Positions 50,001 through 59,600 of a stretch of 64,000 nucleotides of DNA are shown piece after piece. The stretch's first letter is position 1, and the number at the start of each line of letters is the position of its first letter. A model generated the notes under the pieces. That model did not search any database. It saw nothing but the letters and a program-made list of their open reading frames with translations, and was not told the origin of the DNA. Position numbers and translations under genes: made by a program. The stretch spans positions 3,216,699 to 3,280,698 of the forward strand of contig CM082581.2 in the NCBI GenBank assembly GCA_040954595.2, written 5' to 3'. Source of the DNA: Balanoglossus misakiensis (taxonomy: Eukaryota; Animalia; Hemichordata).

Positions 50001-50245
50001 AAGTCCTGGGGTCCGAGTTCGGAACAATATTTAGGTAATGTTTAACACGCTCAACAGTATTAACAATAATAAAACATAAACGCCTACCTGAGCAATCCTA
50101 GCACACGGTCATCTTGCCCATTATCGTGATCATCGACGACCCAGTTCCACTGCTCTTCATCAAGCAAATTTGGAATGATAGAAGTCACTCTTGGGCGCAG
50201 AGGCGGCCCTTGTACATTGAACAAGTCGTCTGTTGAGATGGACAT
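18044..50245 (-). CDS. Munc13/BAIAP3-like MUN-domain protein with C-terminal DEP domain and no detectable C1/C2 domains; 28 exons, ~1863 aa
   Basis: Exons (minus, all GT-AG, phases consistent, no stops): 50245-50088, 49111-48961, 47760-47443, 46790-46710, 45411-45242, 45088-44992, 43682-43639, 42985-42871, 42316-42211, 42052-41955, 41194-41102, 40301-40228, 39403-39310, 38868-38780, 37384-37279, 36806-36645, 35646-34402, 33001-32903, 31968-31825, 31066-30931, 30371-30076, 29726-29541, 25225-25142, 24403-24338, 24135-24055, 21368-21218, 21088-20966, 19068-18044 (5592 nt). Munc13-like motifs in colinear order: LLGEFGLRYGVGELY, IKRLFP, KWL..SVGADK, SSLVDI, TYADNL, MCSRINNV, LKPLTEFL..LVLW, FIHDGGQGLP, STEKLINLY. 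DEP motifs: KCFTGTQLIDWIL, AMKLAQRLLDLNVIH, FMNSTVHLYRF. Confidence 0.85.
22040..23684 (+). mobile_element. Helentron/HINE-like non-autonomous element with two internal tandem arrays
   Basis: 5' AATATAGCTGCCAAGCAGC; ~216-bp repeats (GAATTAGGTATG at ~22294, 22508, 22724, 22940); three 145-bp repeats (TTCTATTTTTAGATCT at 23131, 23276, 23421); (GACG/GAC)n at 23570-23628; 3' hairpin AGCTCAGCTGAC..ACAGCCGAGCT followed by A run. Related ends at ~1483 and ~29752. Confidence 0.7.
24453..24569. mobile_element. 117-bp hairpin MITE with 9-bp TSD
   Basis: CAATCTGATTAAAATCAGATGTAGGGAA...TTCCCTACATCTGATTTTAATCAGATTG flanked by CATATTAAT (24444-24452, 24570-24578). Confidence 0.85.
25735..27049 (-). mobile_element. 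Degenerate LINE fragment, probably RTE-X clade (endonuclease to start of RT)
   Basis: ORFs 26249-27049, 25963-26244 and 25685-26077: MGDWNAD, TSWLDHCV, SDHFLL, PGWNKYVK..KPRYG, DKAAGADDLSCEHYK, HGYLP..IIVPLEKDKTGD; broken by a stop and frameshift and ends before the RT core. Confidence 0.8.
27089..29103 (+). mobile_element. Degenerate DDE transposase gene, Zator-like, with a spliceosomal intron (28230-28564)
   Basis: Colinear fragments NKVKAGIPAVSRY..LPDHDFP; KPVVCGVIDGGSD..DLDVLIL..GPGYSAYNMVERGWATLSKKLAGVILP; after a GT..AG intron VFDNAMQILCRHW; Cys-rich tail CKCADDECEHC..CRHC. Several frameshifts and a stop. Confidence 0.7.
29371..29476 (+). mobile_element. Small CR1/L2-type reverse transcriptase relic
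   Basis: Translates DDIDNGNSSLGMFIDFSKAFHRVNHGILFSKLEY* (F-x-D-x-SKAF motif). Confidence 0.7.
32032..32378. mobile_element. Palindromic TTAA-type MITE (AGGGACAAA family, uninterrupted copy)
   Basis: TTAA|AGGGACAAATTCTGTCTCTCGCTGCCCC...GGGCAGCAAGAGAGAGACTTTGTCCCT|CTAA. Confidence 0.85.
34402..35646 (-). CDS. Large 1245-nt exon 17 of the MUN-DEP gene (acidic low-complexity insert plus resumption of MHD1)
   Basis: Includes most of ORF 34336-35523; phase 0/0; ends KVLPITSSLVDIICIVKRLSSFVYTM..QLYQRMVQ followed by GT. Confidence 0.85.
35761..35985 (+). mobile_element. Penelope-like element GIY-YIG endonuclease relic
   Basis: With frameshifts reads CNC/PLNGACQAKGIIYNAEVTS..NYIGLTDTAFKTRYSNHKYSF..NSTQLSKHI. 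Confidence 0.75.
37417..38548. mobile_element. TTAA-flanked non-autonomous DNA transposon (Kolobok-like)
   Basis: TTAA|AGTGGAACG...CGTTCCACT|TTAA, with subterminal inverted CACTTTCACTT/AAGTGAAAGTG and TGACGTCAGCAACT/AGTTGCTGACGTCA; CpG-rich relative to flanks. Confidence 0.8.
40511..40950. mobile_element. MITE, second copy of the 15631-16134 family
   Basis: Reverse-complement similarity (TTTTCCCACGGTGGCGGCCAT, GCGGCAAAGCTTTATTATTTATCTGG) and termini ATGAGCTGCAACT / AGTTGCAGCTCAT. Confidence 0.75.
43115..43448. mobile_element. Palindromic TTAA-type MITE (AGGGACAAA family)
   Basis: TTAA|AGGGACAAAGTCTCTCTCGCTGCCCC...GAGAGAGACTTTGTATCT|TTAA. Confidence 0.85.
43801..43958. mobile_element. Short TAGACT...AGTCTA TIR element (Academ-like termini)
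   Basis: TAGACTCTCTCA..CACAGCCC ... GGGCTGTGAGAGAGTCTA; relatives at ~50-145 (reverse) and ~50688-50783. Confidence 0.65.
44256..44594. mobile_element. piggyBac-type MITE
   Basis: TTAA|CCCTATTGCTACC...GGCACTGTTAGGG|TTAA; related to 57855-58161 and 63789-end. Confidence 0.8.
48538..48746. mobile_element. TA-flanked CTGTAAAA...TTTTACA MITE (Tc1/mariner-like); copies at ~52073-52261, ~61035-61242, partial at ~24761 and ~40388
   Basis: TACTGTAAAACGGGAAATTTTC...GAAAATTTCCTGTTTTACAATA; shared core GATATCAA..GGCAACT..ATTATCTC..AAAACATTTT. Confidence 0.7.
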
Positions 50246-50794
50246 GTTGACTGGTCTGGGCTGCACGATTTCTCTTCATATATATGATATAGTTACGAAG
50301 TCACGCATCCATGGTCACATGCTTTCCAGTGGGCGTAAACCGTGTATATTGTCTGGTTGTATTGCATGACTTAGAGGGTGATGAAAATTTAAACTGACGA
50401 TGGTAAATAACCGAAGGAAAGACGTGACCTTACCAGGAGACTTGCACGCAACTTGAACTCTAGAGGTTACTTAAGTGATCGGGACAATATTGAAGTTAGC
50501 CTCAGATTCGGTTTCGGATTCGAGTGGCTGGACGTAGCTACTAAATGGGATCGGATATTCACATTCGGTCTAAGTTGCAACAGGAAAATGACCTGAGGGA
50601 AGCGCTGCTCTCAGGACAGTGACCTTTGGCTTTTCAGAGCAAAAGGTAAACTGAAGCGCCCTCATGAGACAACTTTAACGCTTGTGCTAGTCTGGTCGTG
50701 GATGGTCCCCTGCCCCAATCTCACAGCCCACGGTTTACTACAGGCCTCAACCGTTTAGCAAAGGAGAAGCACCATGGTGTTGTCAGGCTTTCGA

Positions 50795-51370
50795 CCAAAA
50801 TGACGATTTTGTCATGAGTAGGGCTGAAATAACCGCTTTTTTTTGGAATCAACTCCACTTTTAACATGGAATGGACTCTTTGTACATCATGAGATCTTTG
50901 AATATGAAGAACACTTTTAATTTATTTTTAGTGTTTTCTAAAAATAACCTTGTGGGCAAAAAGGAGCCAAAACGGTAATTTTGTCTTGAGTGGGGTCAAT
51001 AAGACTGCTTGTTTGGAACAGTCCTCACTTTTAACATTTAATTGACTTTCCCTACATTATCAGATCCCCGAATGTAAAGAAAAAAAAATTTTTTTAATTA
51101 ACATTGTTTAAAAATGACCTTTCAGGTCAAAATAAGTCAAAAAGGCAATTTTGCCTTGAGTTGGGTCAATCAGACAGCTTTTTTGGAATAGTCACTAAAT
51201 TTGACATAGAATGGGCATATCATAAATTATCAGATCTCGAGCTGAATGTGAAGAAAACTGTATTGGCATTTTCTAGATATGACCCTTTTTCTGGCCATAT
51301 ATAAGTGGCCAAAATGGCTTTTTCATTTTGAGTGGGATCAATAAGACTTCTTTTGGGGAATCAGCCAATT
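50795..51370. repeat. Diverged tandem array, ~170-174-bp unit, about 3.4 copies
   Basis: Motif ATTTTG(T/C)C(T/A)TGAGT(G/A/T)GG(G)..AAT recurs at ~50806, 50978, 51148 and 51322. Confidence 0.75.
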
Positions 51371-52686
51371 TTTTTATTTCTCAAACCTAATTCCTTACGA
51401 AACATTCTGTCAAAGCATTTACCTCCTAGGGTTGCAGGAAAGCCAACTCCTGTACGTTTTCCTGTAGAAAGTTGATCAACAAATCAATATTTTCAAATAC
51501 AAATTTTATTTCAGTAGTTTTGACAGAACATTCTCTACGAAGGGAAAAAACAACCTTGTACAATAAAATTATACTATATTCTTGTTTACATTCAAACCTA
51601 CACACCTGAATACTGGAGCTCTGCATTTAGCTTGCACAATATGCAAAACTGACCAGTTATATACTGTTTCAACGTCACAATCTCTCGTTAAGTACTGATT
51701 ATAGTATGCACTTTTAAAACATGTACTGAAATCTTTGAAAATAAAGAAAGAAGAGAAACACTATACATTAATACTAATTATTGAAAAAGATACTGTCCAA
51801 CTGTTTATTTTCACCAAAAGGACAATGCCCATATTAGGTTTGTACAATACACATACTTGTATGCGATTCAGACAAAGATGGTTTTCAAGACAGGGTGGAA
51901 TTCTCACCTATTGCATGGAGTGTACACACTATAGATAAGTCCATTTTGTCAAAGAAGGTAAAAAAAAAGACTGGACAAAATTCTTGTTCTGTCTGCAAAG
52001 TTGAAAGAGCTGCTTTCCTGAGCTGACCTGAGACAAGCTTGTCTGTTGGTAATCATGTGATAGTCATGAAGTTACTGTAAAACAGGTTATTTTCGCGACA
52101 GGAAAGTTTTGTGATATCAAAAGAGGCAACTGTTACGCGAGGATCAATTTCCACGTTCTATTATTTCATTAACTGCATCATTATCTCCGAAAAACATTTT
52201 ACGCGACTTTTTATTTTCATGTATTTTTTTATTGCTCGCGAAAATAACCCGTTTTACAGTATTTATGTCCTAGAACTTGCGCTAACAAGATCTGGCTTCA
52301 TAGCAAGGTGGATTAAATTCAATGTGCAACATTCATTAGTTCTTAAAGTGAACCACATGCAGTTGATACCCAAACAAAAAGAGCATGATAGCATTACTCT
52401 ATAACAGTAAATAAAGCTCCATTAGCTGTAACATTTTACTATGTTTTATGTATTTTTGTTTTGGGTGTCTATTTGCAGTTTCTTGTCGAAATCCATGAAG
52501 CATAATGAAATGCCTGGTATCAACATTTGCCAACAATAACAATTGCTGTTACACACATACATGCTATATTGACAAGCTGAGTACTTGGTATATTAGCATG
52601 TTGCTAGGATAAGAATAAGAAATTGATTTTGGTACACAACAGAAATACTGAAAACAAGGTAAAATTTACAGCTTATGTCTCTTTAA

Positions 52687-52817
52687 CCCTTTCAACTAAT
52701 AGAACATTTAGAGTCCAAATAAGAAATACAATCAATTAGTAAGACTATACTTGGTCTAAACCCATTGTTTCCCATGGTAAATTTGGACCTCTAAAGAGGG
52801 AACTGGGGGTGAAAGGG
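52687..52817. mobile_element. Tiny piggyBac-type MITE just 3' of the MGMT stop codon
   Basis: TTAA|CCCTTTCA...TGAAAGGG|TTAA. Confidence 0.75.
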
Positions 52818-52910
52818 TTAAAGCTATCTGCGACAAAAACACAATCTAAGACTTTGCTAAAAGTGGCAGCTATTGTGGTTTTGATATAGCAAGGACTCCA
52901 TGACTTTCCA

Positions 52911-55272
52911 TTAGAAACCAACAACTCCTTCATGTTTAAGTAAGAATTTCTTAATTGGGATCCCTTTGTTTGACATATAATTTCCGAGTTGACCATGGCT
53001 ACCAATTACTCTATGGCAGGGGATGATGATAGGCACTTGATTTAGTCGCATTGCTCCACCCACAGCACGGCTGGCCTTGCTATTTCCAACCATACTAGCT
53101 AATTCTCCATATGATACCGTCTTTCCAATGGGTACTTCATCTGTCAGAGTCTTCCAAACCTTGGCTGTGAAAGAATCTGCAGAAAAAGAGAACATACATG
53201 TATCTTTATCTGATGTCTTTTGATATGTTATTTAATACATGTTAATTCTGATTTCACATCAATGGGCAAGGATGAACACTATCACACAATGTAAAGATAA
53301 CAATACTTGTGGAAATTATTTTAAAGGATTGTGAAACAATACTTTTTCACTATTTTCAGTGACCTTTTGTGCTGAAATTATTACTGGTATGGGCCCAGGG
53401 GCACCAAATTCATTTGGACAAATACATAATGACTGAAAAATCGCGTCAAGGACATGGTGGTCTCATTGAGGGATTACACAAGAAAAAGTCTACACCGGAG
53501 TACATGGCCATATATAGACAGACAGACAGGCACACACACATAGCGAGAGATCAATGGGCAAACACTGACTGACCCATAAGCTGCCAATGGCATATGTACT
53601 GTACATACACTAAATAGAACAGCTGGCCTCTTTAAAACTTAGCCAGTTATGTAATCATGCAGGAATTTGCTGTGTATATAAATCACAGGGGGTTCCTGTC
53701 AAATTAAAACAACTCAATAACAGTAAATACACACCACTTTGCAAAGCAATCTGACCAGTTGTTCTTGAGTCACTGAGTTTTGACCAAATTCACATTTTTT
53801 TCAGCTAATTTGCATATTTTTGGCAATGACAACTTTATATGAACAAACTCCCATCTACAGCCCAGCTTGCATCAGCACACCAAATATCAAGGTGATACAC
53901 GCAGCGGTTTTCAAGTTTTTGATGCGGACGGACATACATCCATCCATCCATCCATCCATACATACATACAGACGCAACCGATCCCATAAGGTCCCATGGT
54001 AAATATCAATGGGACCCAAAAACAAATTCAGGATAATTTTGTTTGTTTGACATAATGTAAGCCAAAGTTCAAATACGATGCCAGCCCCAGCATCATCTAG
54101 AAAAGTCATACGAAAATGAGGCTGGGGATGGTGCTAGCTTCATGCAGATAATTTTAATGACATGAGGTCGATGACCTTTGACCCTAATATCACCTAAATG
54201 CCAATATTATAGGCATTTAGGTGATAAACTAAGCGTGCAACTTATTGGAGTTGCCATGCTTTCAGATGGGTACCTAATTTACATGCATAATGAGGATTTT
54301 ACTTAAAACTTATATGATTGCAGCCAGGGTACACAAGTGACAGTTGGCCTGTTTTTCCACTAAAAGGACAACAGAGATTTTTGCTAAAGGAGACAACATC
54401 ATACACCCTCCACCTTTCTACCTTCTTTCTAGCTGCAATAATTGTAGCCCACAGGCCTTTATGTGCCGAGTTGGCTGGCCAGCTAACTTGAAACATAAAG
54501 GCCCGTGGGCTACAATTATTGCAGCTACCTTCTTTCAAGCGAACCCCAATGTTACACATCTGAATCTGAAGTGAATTCGAATGGTCTAAATTGGGTTTTT
54601 CTTGAAGTAATTGTGTACAGCAGTGAGAGACAGAAATTACAATAAACTGACCTGGTTTCATTGTTGTGACATGTAAGCATGGCAGTGTCATCATTCTAGA
54701 ATCATTGATGTCATAAAAATACATTTTCAACCAGTCAACACACTGTGTCAGTACTTCAGACTGGTCAGTTTCGATTTCTTCCACAGTATCTGATAAACTG
54801 GAGATTACGAAAAGAGTATTAATGACACTGCACTTCCATTTGAAAAGAATTTTTTTTTTAAATCCAGCCAAAAATGTATCCACGTTACATGATATGAATT
54901 ATGATGACACTTGATGATAGCAATAACCCCCGCCCGCCGAGGGCGGATATACCACGAGGAGATATAGCACAATTCACATGCAGTGGTCATGGACAGCATG
55001 TCATGGTCGTGCTGCGAACAACATCGTGTACCTGCAGCTGAGCACCTGTACTGTACAATCGTTGCAGCTGTACGGTACCTTTAAACAAATGTCTCATAGT
55101 ACGCATAGATACCAGTACATGTAGCTAATAGTAGTACTCACCCAAGTTGGTAATCTGACGATTCAGTGGCTGTGAGCTGTATTTTATGCACACCTTTACA
55201 GCAAGCGTGCACTATAATTTCACCGATAGGACTCTTCAATCGTGCCGTGAACAATTTGCATGGAAGAGACAT
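52911..55272 (-). CDS. MGMT: O6-methylguanine-DNA methyltransferase, 3 coding exons, 180 aa
   Basis: Exons 55272-55142 (MSLPCKLFTARLKSPIGEII..), 54797-54652 (..LTQCVDWLKMYF..), 53176-52911 (SFTAKVW..GKTVSYGELA..ASRAVGGAMRLNQVPIIIPCHRVI..LLKHEG). PCHRV active-site motif; GT-AG junctions in phase. Confidence 0.95.
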
Positions 55273-56619
55273 CGCGTTGTTTAAACCAGGTTACACTGTA
55301 TGACTTTGATGTTGAATAAGTATCATTAGTCCTTATTATATCAAACGATGCATGTGTCTCTTTGCTAACAACTATTGTCTACACCATAAGCACGAGAACG
55401 AATCCGTGCAAATTACACTATAGTACTTGCAGCAGCACACACTGGACTAGAGTAGACTGTCATAGATCTGGGCTGCGTTCGACGTACGAAACGTTCGGTA
55501 ACGTTCGGAAACGTTTTCATATCGAACGATCTTTTGTCCTTGTTTTTCGCGAACGTTTTGTAACAATGGAAGGCGTAAGACGGAGGTGACTCGCGGCGAA
55601 CAACTCATTAATTCAAAATGGCGGACATGTAAGCCGAAGTACGACTCGCAGGGCATATTTTCGAAGAAGTTGCAGAATATTTGTCGATTTAGGTAGTGAT
55701 AGTTTTACCAAGCGAAAGCTTGTATTTATTCTCAATCAATAAACCAATTCACATGGATTGTGCCGCTACTGTCTTGTGTAAAACGGTTTAAAAGTGGTAT
55801 GCACTTCCGGAATCATGTCCTTGTATGCGCACCGGGACGTTCTTGCTGACGGCCGCTGTCTTAGTCTCGGTTACCCAGAGCCCTCTGCTTCTTCCGTTAG
55901 GCACTCCAGAAAGAGGGTCTGGGGAAACCCGGTAGACAAACCGTCAGGCGGAATCGGGACAGCTGCGATGCATGACGGGAGACTAATATTCCAAAATGGC
56001 GACGTCCTGCGCGCGAACCCACGGCCGACATGTATGACATACGATAAAGAAAACATGCTGAGAAGTGCTAGACCTGCTAAAACTGTATACAAATTGAAAA
56101 GAGAGAGAGAAGTTCGGTAAATAGTTTTCTAATATCGACATATCATAATATCGTATCGAATATTAGTCTCCCGTCATGCATCGCAGCTGTCCCGATTCCG
56201 CCTGACGGTTTGTCTACCGGGTTTCCCCAGACCCTCTTTCTGGAGTGCCTAACGGAAGAAGCAGAGGGCTCTGGGTAACCGAGACTACCGCTGTCTCTGA
56301 AAAGCCAAAGGTCATTGACAGCGCCCTCTTGTGAGAGGCAAGCTTATCGTTCGACGAAGTACAAAAGCGCCCTGCGCAAGCATTCACAAAACGCTTTGTG
56401 CGTCGAACGCACCCCAGCACGTGTTATGATTGTAGCACCAGTACACAGTTTAAAGGTCAAGACCTTTCACTTCCGGGTTGTACGTACGCCATCTTGTAAA
56501 GTTCTGCAATCTCTGAAGCTGGAAATTGTGTCGTGTACCATCCTCGATCATCGTAGTTGTTACCCATTTAAACGACATCAACAACAGACCAGAAGAAATT
56601 TTAGAAATCCAGTGACAAG
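55273..56619. promoter_or_regulatory. Putative bidirectional promoter region between MGMT and CLINT1
   Basis: Divergent ATGs ~1.35 kb apart; CpG-rich; ETS-type CACTTCCGG at ~55802 and ~56468; YY1-type AAAATGGCGG at ~55615 and CGCCATCTT at ~56487. TSSs are not observable. Confidence 0.55.
55862..56287. mobile_element. MITE with identical 129-bp TIRs and 9-bp TSD (AcademH- or MULE-like)
   Basis: 55862-55990 is the exact reverse complement of 56159-56287; TAG...CTA termini; TSD CCGCTGTCT (55853-55861, 56288-56296). The same terminus CTGGGTAACCGAGACTA occurs at 8-24. Confidence 0.92.
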
Positions 56620-59600
56620 ATGTGGAAGCTTCGTGAGCTGACCGATAAAGTGTAAGTGCAGTGTTCCGTCAGTAGGGAGTCAAACCGGGTTATTTGCATA
56701 TGTATGCAGTGGCCGCCATTGCGTTTACGTGTCGTTCTGATTTAAAGTCTTAAATCGTATGACGAGAATACACCAAATGAGAACACATTTTCATCGATTA
56801 TCTCCCAATAGATAAACCCCGAATCTGCCAGAATCTGGAAAAGCTTAATAACGGAAATTTTAATGATCATGACGGTGTTCAACGCCACTCTGGCCACTAG
56901 AAAACATTACTTCCTGTATTTGTTTTTACGGCGTTGTCACCAGTCGTCACGACCCCTTATATTGCCAGGGATGAGGTAGTAAACAGGACCAAGTTAATTC
57001 TACCCATAAATGGAATGTACCGGCTTGCACATATGTTGATGTCTGTGTACGTTTCGAGTACAAGCAAACACTACATTCAATCATGGAGCTGGAGCTTCTA
57101 GCTTCATGCTTCAATAAGCCTGGCAAGGGGGGTTACGCCTTACAGTAAGGTCGACATGAAACACCCCTCATCAACCACACACACCTAACTTCCATCCCTC
57201 TTGTAGACACAAGAGTGAAAAAAATCGCCAAAATGAATAATCGTTCTCTACCATTTATTCATTTTGGGGGAGTTTTTACTCCCATGAACTGAATACATGA
57301 GAAGTCGGCCAGATTAGAAGTCGGCCAGTACGCGTGTATGAGAAGTCGGCCAGTACGAGAAGTCGGCCAGTTGAACTTGTACCCGAATAGTGCAGTAATG
57401 ACACAGATTACTTATAACAACACTTAATAAAATATAATTGCACTAAATATTTTCATTGGACGGATTTCCCACATTCTTGACATCACAATGGTGTCATTTC
57501 AAATAATGGCGTCTGGCGTCCATACCGGTTCCCCAGCCCCGTATCCGCGTAAGGAGCTTAGGTTGTTCGCCAAATTCCTGTGACATTTCTGATTAAAGGG
57601 AGTTTCAAAGCCTACTAAAATACATAGAAGATGTATGTGTATATTCATACAATGTACTTTCTGAGACAACACCAAACAGACAAACGCGACGAGGAACAGA
57701 CTAGCGCAGCGCAGTAAGTGCAGGTGACTGATGTTGACGTACCCTGGTGACGTACATGCGAAGTGCACAGACAGTTTTAAAATTCGTCGGCTATTTGTAC
57801 AAATATCTCAGCTCCTGTACATCAAGGAAACATTTCGTAGTGGAACAGTTATATCCCTAACGCTGCCAAGTCAGTTTAAACTGGTGTGATTTCCAGGGTG
57901 CCTAGAATCGGGGCTCCCAGACCCGTTAGGCTGCCAAGTGTGTGTTATTCAGTAGGGCCTACACAAGACCCTAAGACCAATACAGTACAAACCAGTGCGA
58001 TTTGGTACATTTTACAGTGGCTCAGACTGCCAAGTGTGTCTAATGACGTGTATGAGAGCCATGTCAAGACAGTCAAAATACGTTTTAGAAGAAAAAGTGG
58101 CAAATACGTATTTTAAGGGACTTGACACTCTAACCAGGTTTGACACCCAGTAGCATTAGGGATATATAACACAAAGTACCAACGGTTCTCTCCCACAGGC
58201 CGACTTCTCAAACTGGCCGACTTCTCAGGACACCATTGAACTTTGATTCACTATATATCCACATGTACATTAACATAAACAGTGTTTAGTATCAAACATA
58301 ATTAATGGAAAAAGGGCAGCGAGAGAGAGAGACTTTGTTCCTTTAAAACATGGCAGACACACTTGAATGAAAATTGGCAGAAAAAGTGCTGATATGTCAA
58401 GTTTTCATGGACAAGAGGTAAAAGCATTTGAGTATGATTGAGTATGACTACTGTGTGTTGACCCTACAGTGTTGTCCCTAACATTTTTGGCGGGGGCAAA
58501 ATGCTACCTGCCAAAATTGTAAACTACCGTACGAGTCCTGATTGGGTAGTGCTTGAGCCATTTGTCGGGTATCTTCTTTTGGAGTTTGCAATGTGGCCGA
58601 ATGATTTTGCGTGGGACTTGCCACATGAAATCTTGATGTGGTGGGAATCCCATACAATACAAGTTACTTTACTGCAATGTCAGTTGACCACTTTTTCTTT
58701 CATGAACACTAAAACATTCTCATATAAATGTTGTTGTTTTTTCTATAGAACCAATGTGGTAATGAACTACAGTGAAATAGAAGCCAAAGTGAGAGAAGCA
58801 ACAAATGATGATCAGTGGGGACCTCACGGTTCACTTATGGCAGAAATTGCAAAAGAAACATTTACTTATGAACATTTTCCAGAAGTCATGGGAATGTTGT
58901 GGAAGAGAATGTTAACAGAACCAAAGAAAAATTGGAGGAGAACTTACAAGGTCAGTCAGAATACTGTTTATAATTACCTCATGCTAATACTGTGTCGTGA
59001 TTCGCCAGAATCCGTCACGTGATAGGAAAATAGAATCGACTATGAATCCCTAGGGAAATACATGTAGCAGAAAAAAATATAAACCGGTCACGTGACCAAG
59101 GTGAGTTCACAGACATGAGGTTTATTATAAAACACCTATTTTCGGGCCATAGCAGCTGTTTTTACCCCCTCGTGACTGTGAGTTACCAGAATCTTATGCT
59201 ATTTCCCTCAGCCTGCGGCCTCGGGAAATAGCACGTGATTCTGGTAACTCACAGCCCCTCGGGTGTAATAAACAGCTGCTATGGCCCTCATGGCCAGGCA
59301 GTAAGTGTTCAATATAGTACAATATATCCTTACCTGTACATATCCTCATTAACTCATACAAGACTACACTGATGGTAGATATGAATTCCAGTTTTAACAT
59401 TGCATTTTATTTGTCCTTTTATAGTGTCTTCTTTTGTTAAAATATTTGATCCTGAATGGCTCTGAGCGAGTGGTGACAAGTGCTAGGGAACACATCTATG
59501 ATTTAAAAGGCTTAGAAGATTTTACAGCTCGTGATGAATATGGAAAAGACCAAGGTGTAAATGGTAGGTATCCATTATCATGTTCATCCAGTCCTTCATG

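Noticed and set aside
57299-57370. GAGAAGTCGGCCAG short direct repeats as a CRISPR-like array
   Set aside because: Eukaryotic context, irregular very short spacers, and inverted copies at 58198-58227 show they are transposon subterminal repeats.
58501-58748. N-terminal part of the 173-aa ORF as CLINT1 coding sequence
   Set aside because: Intronic read-through; the conserved N-terminus MWKLREL is at 56620 and splices in phase to 58749.
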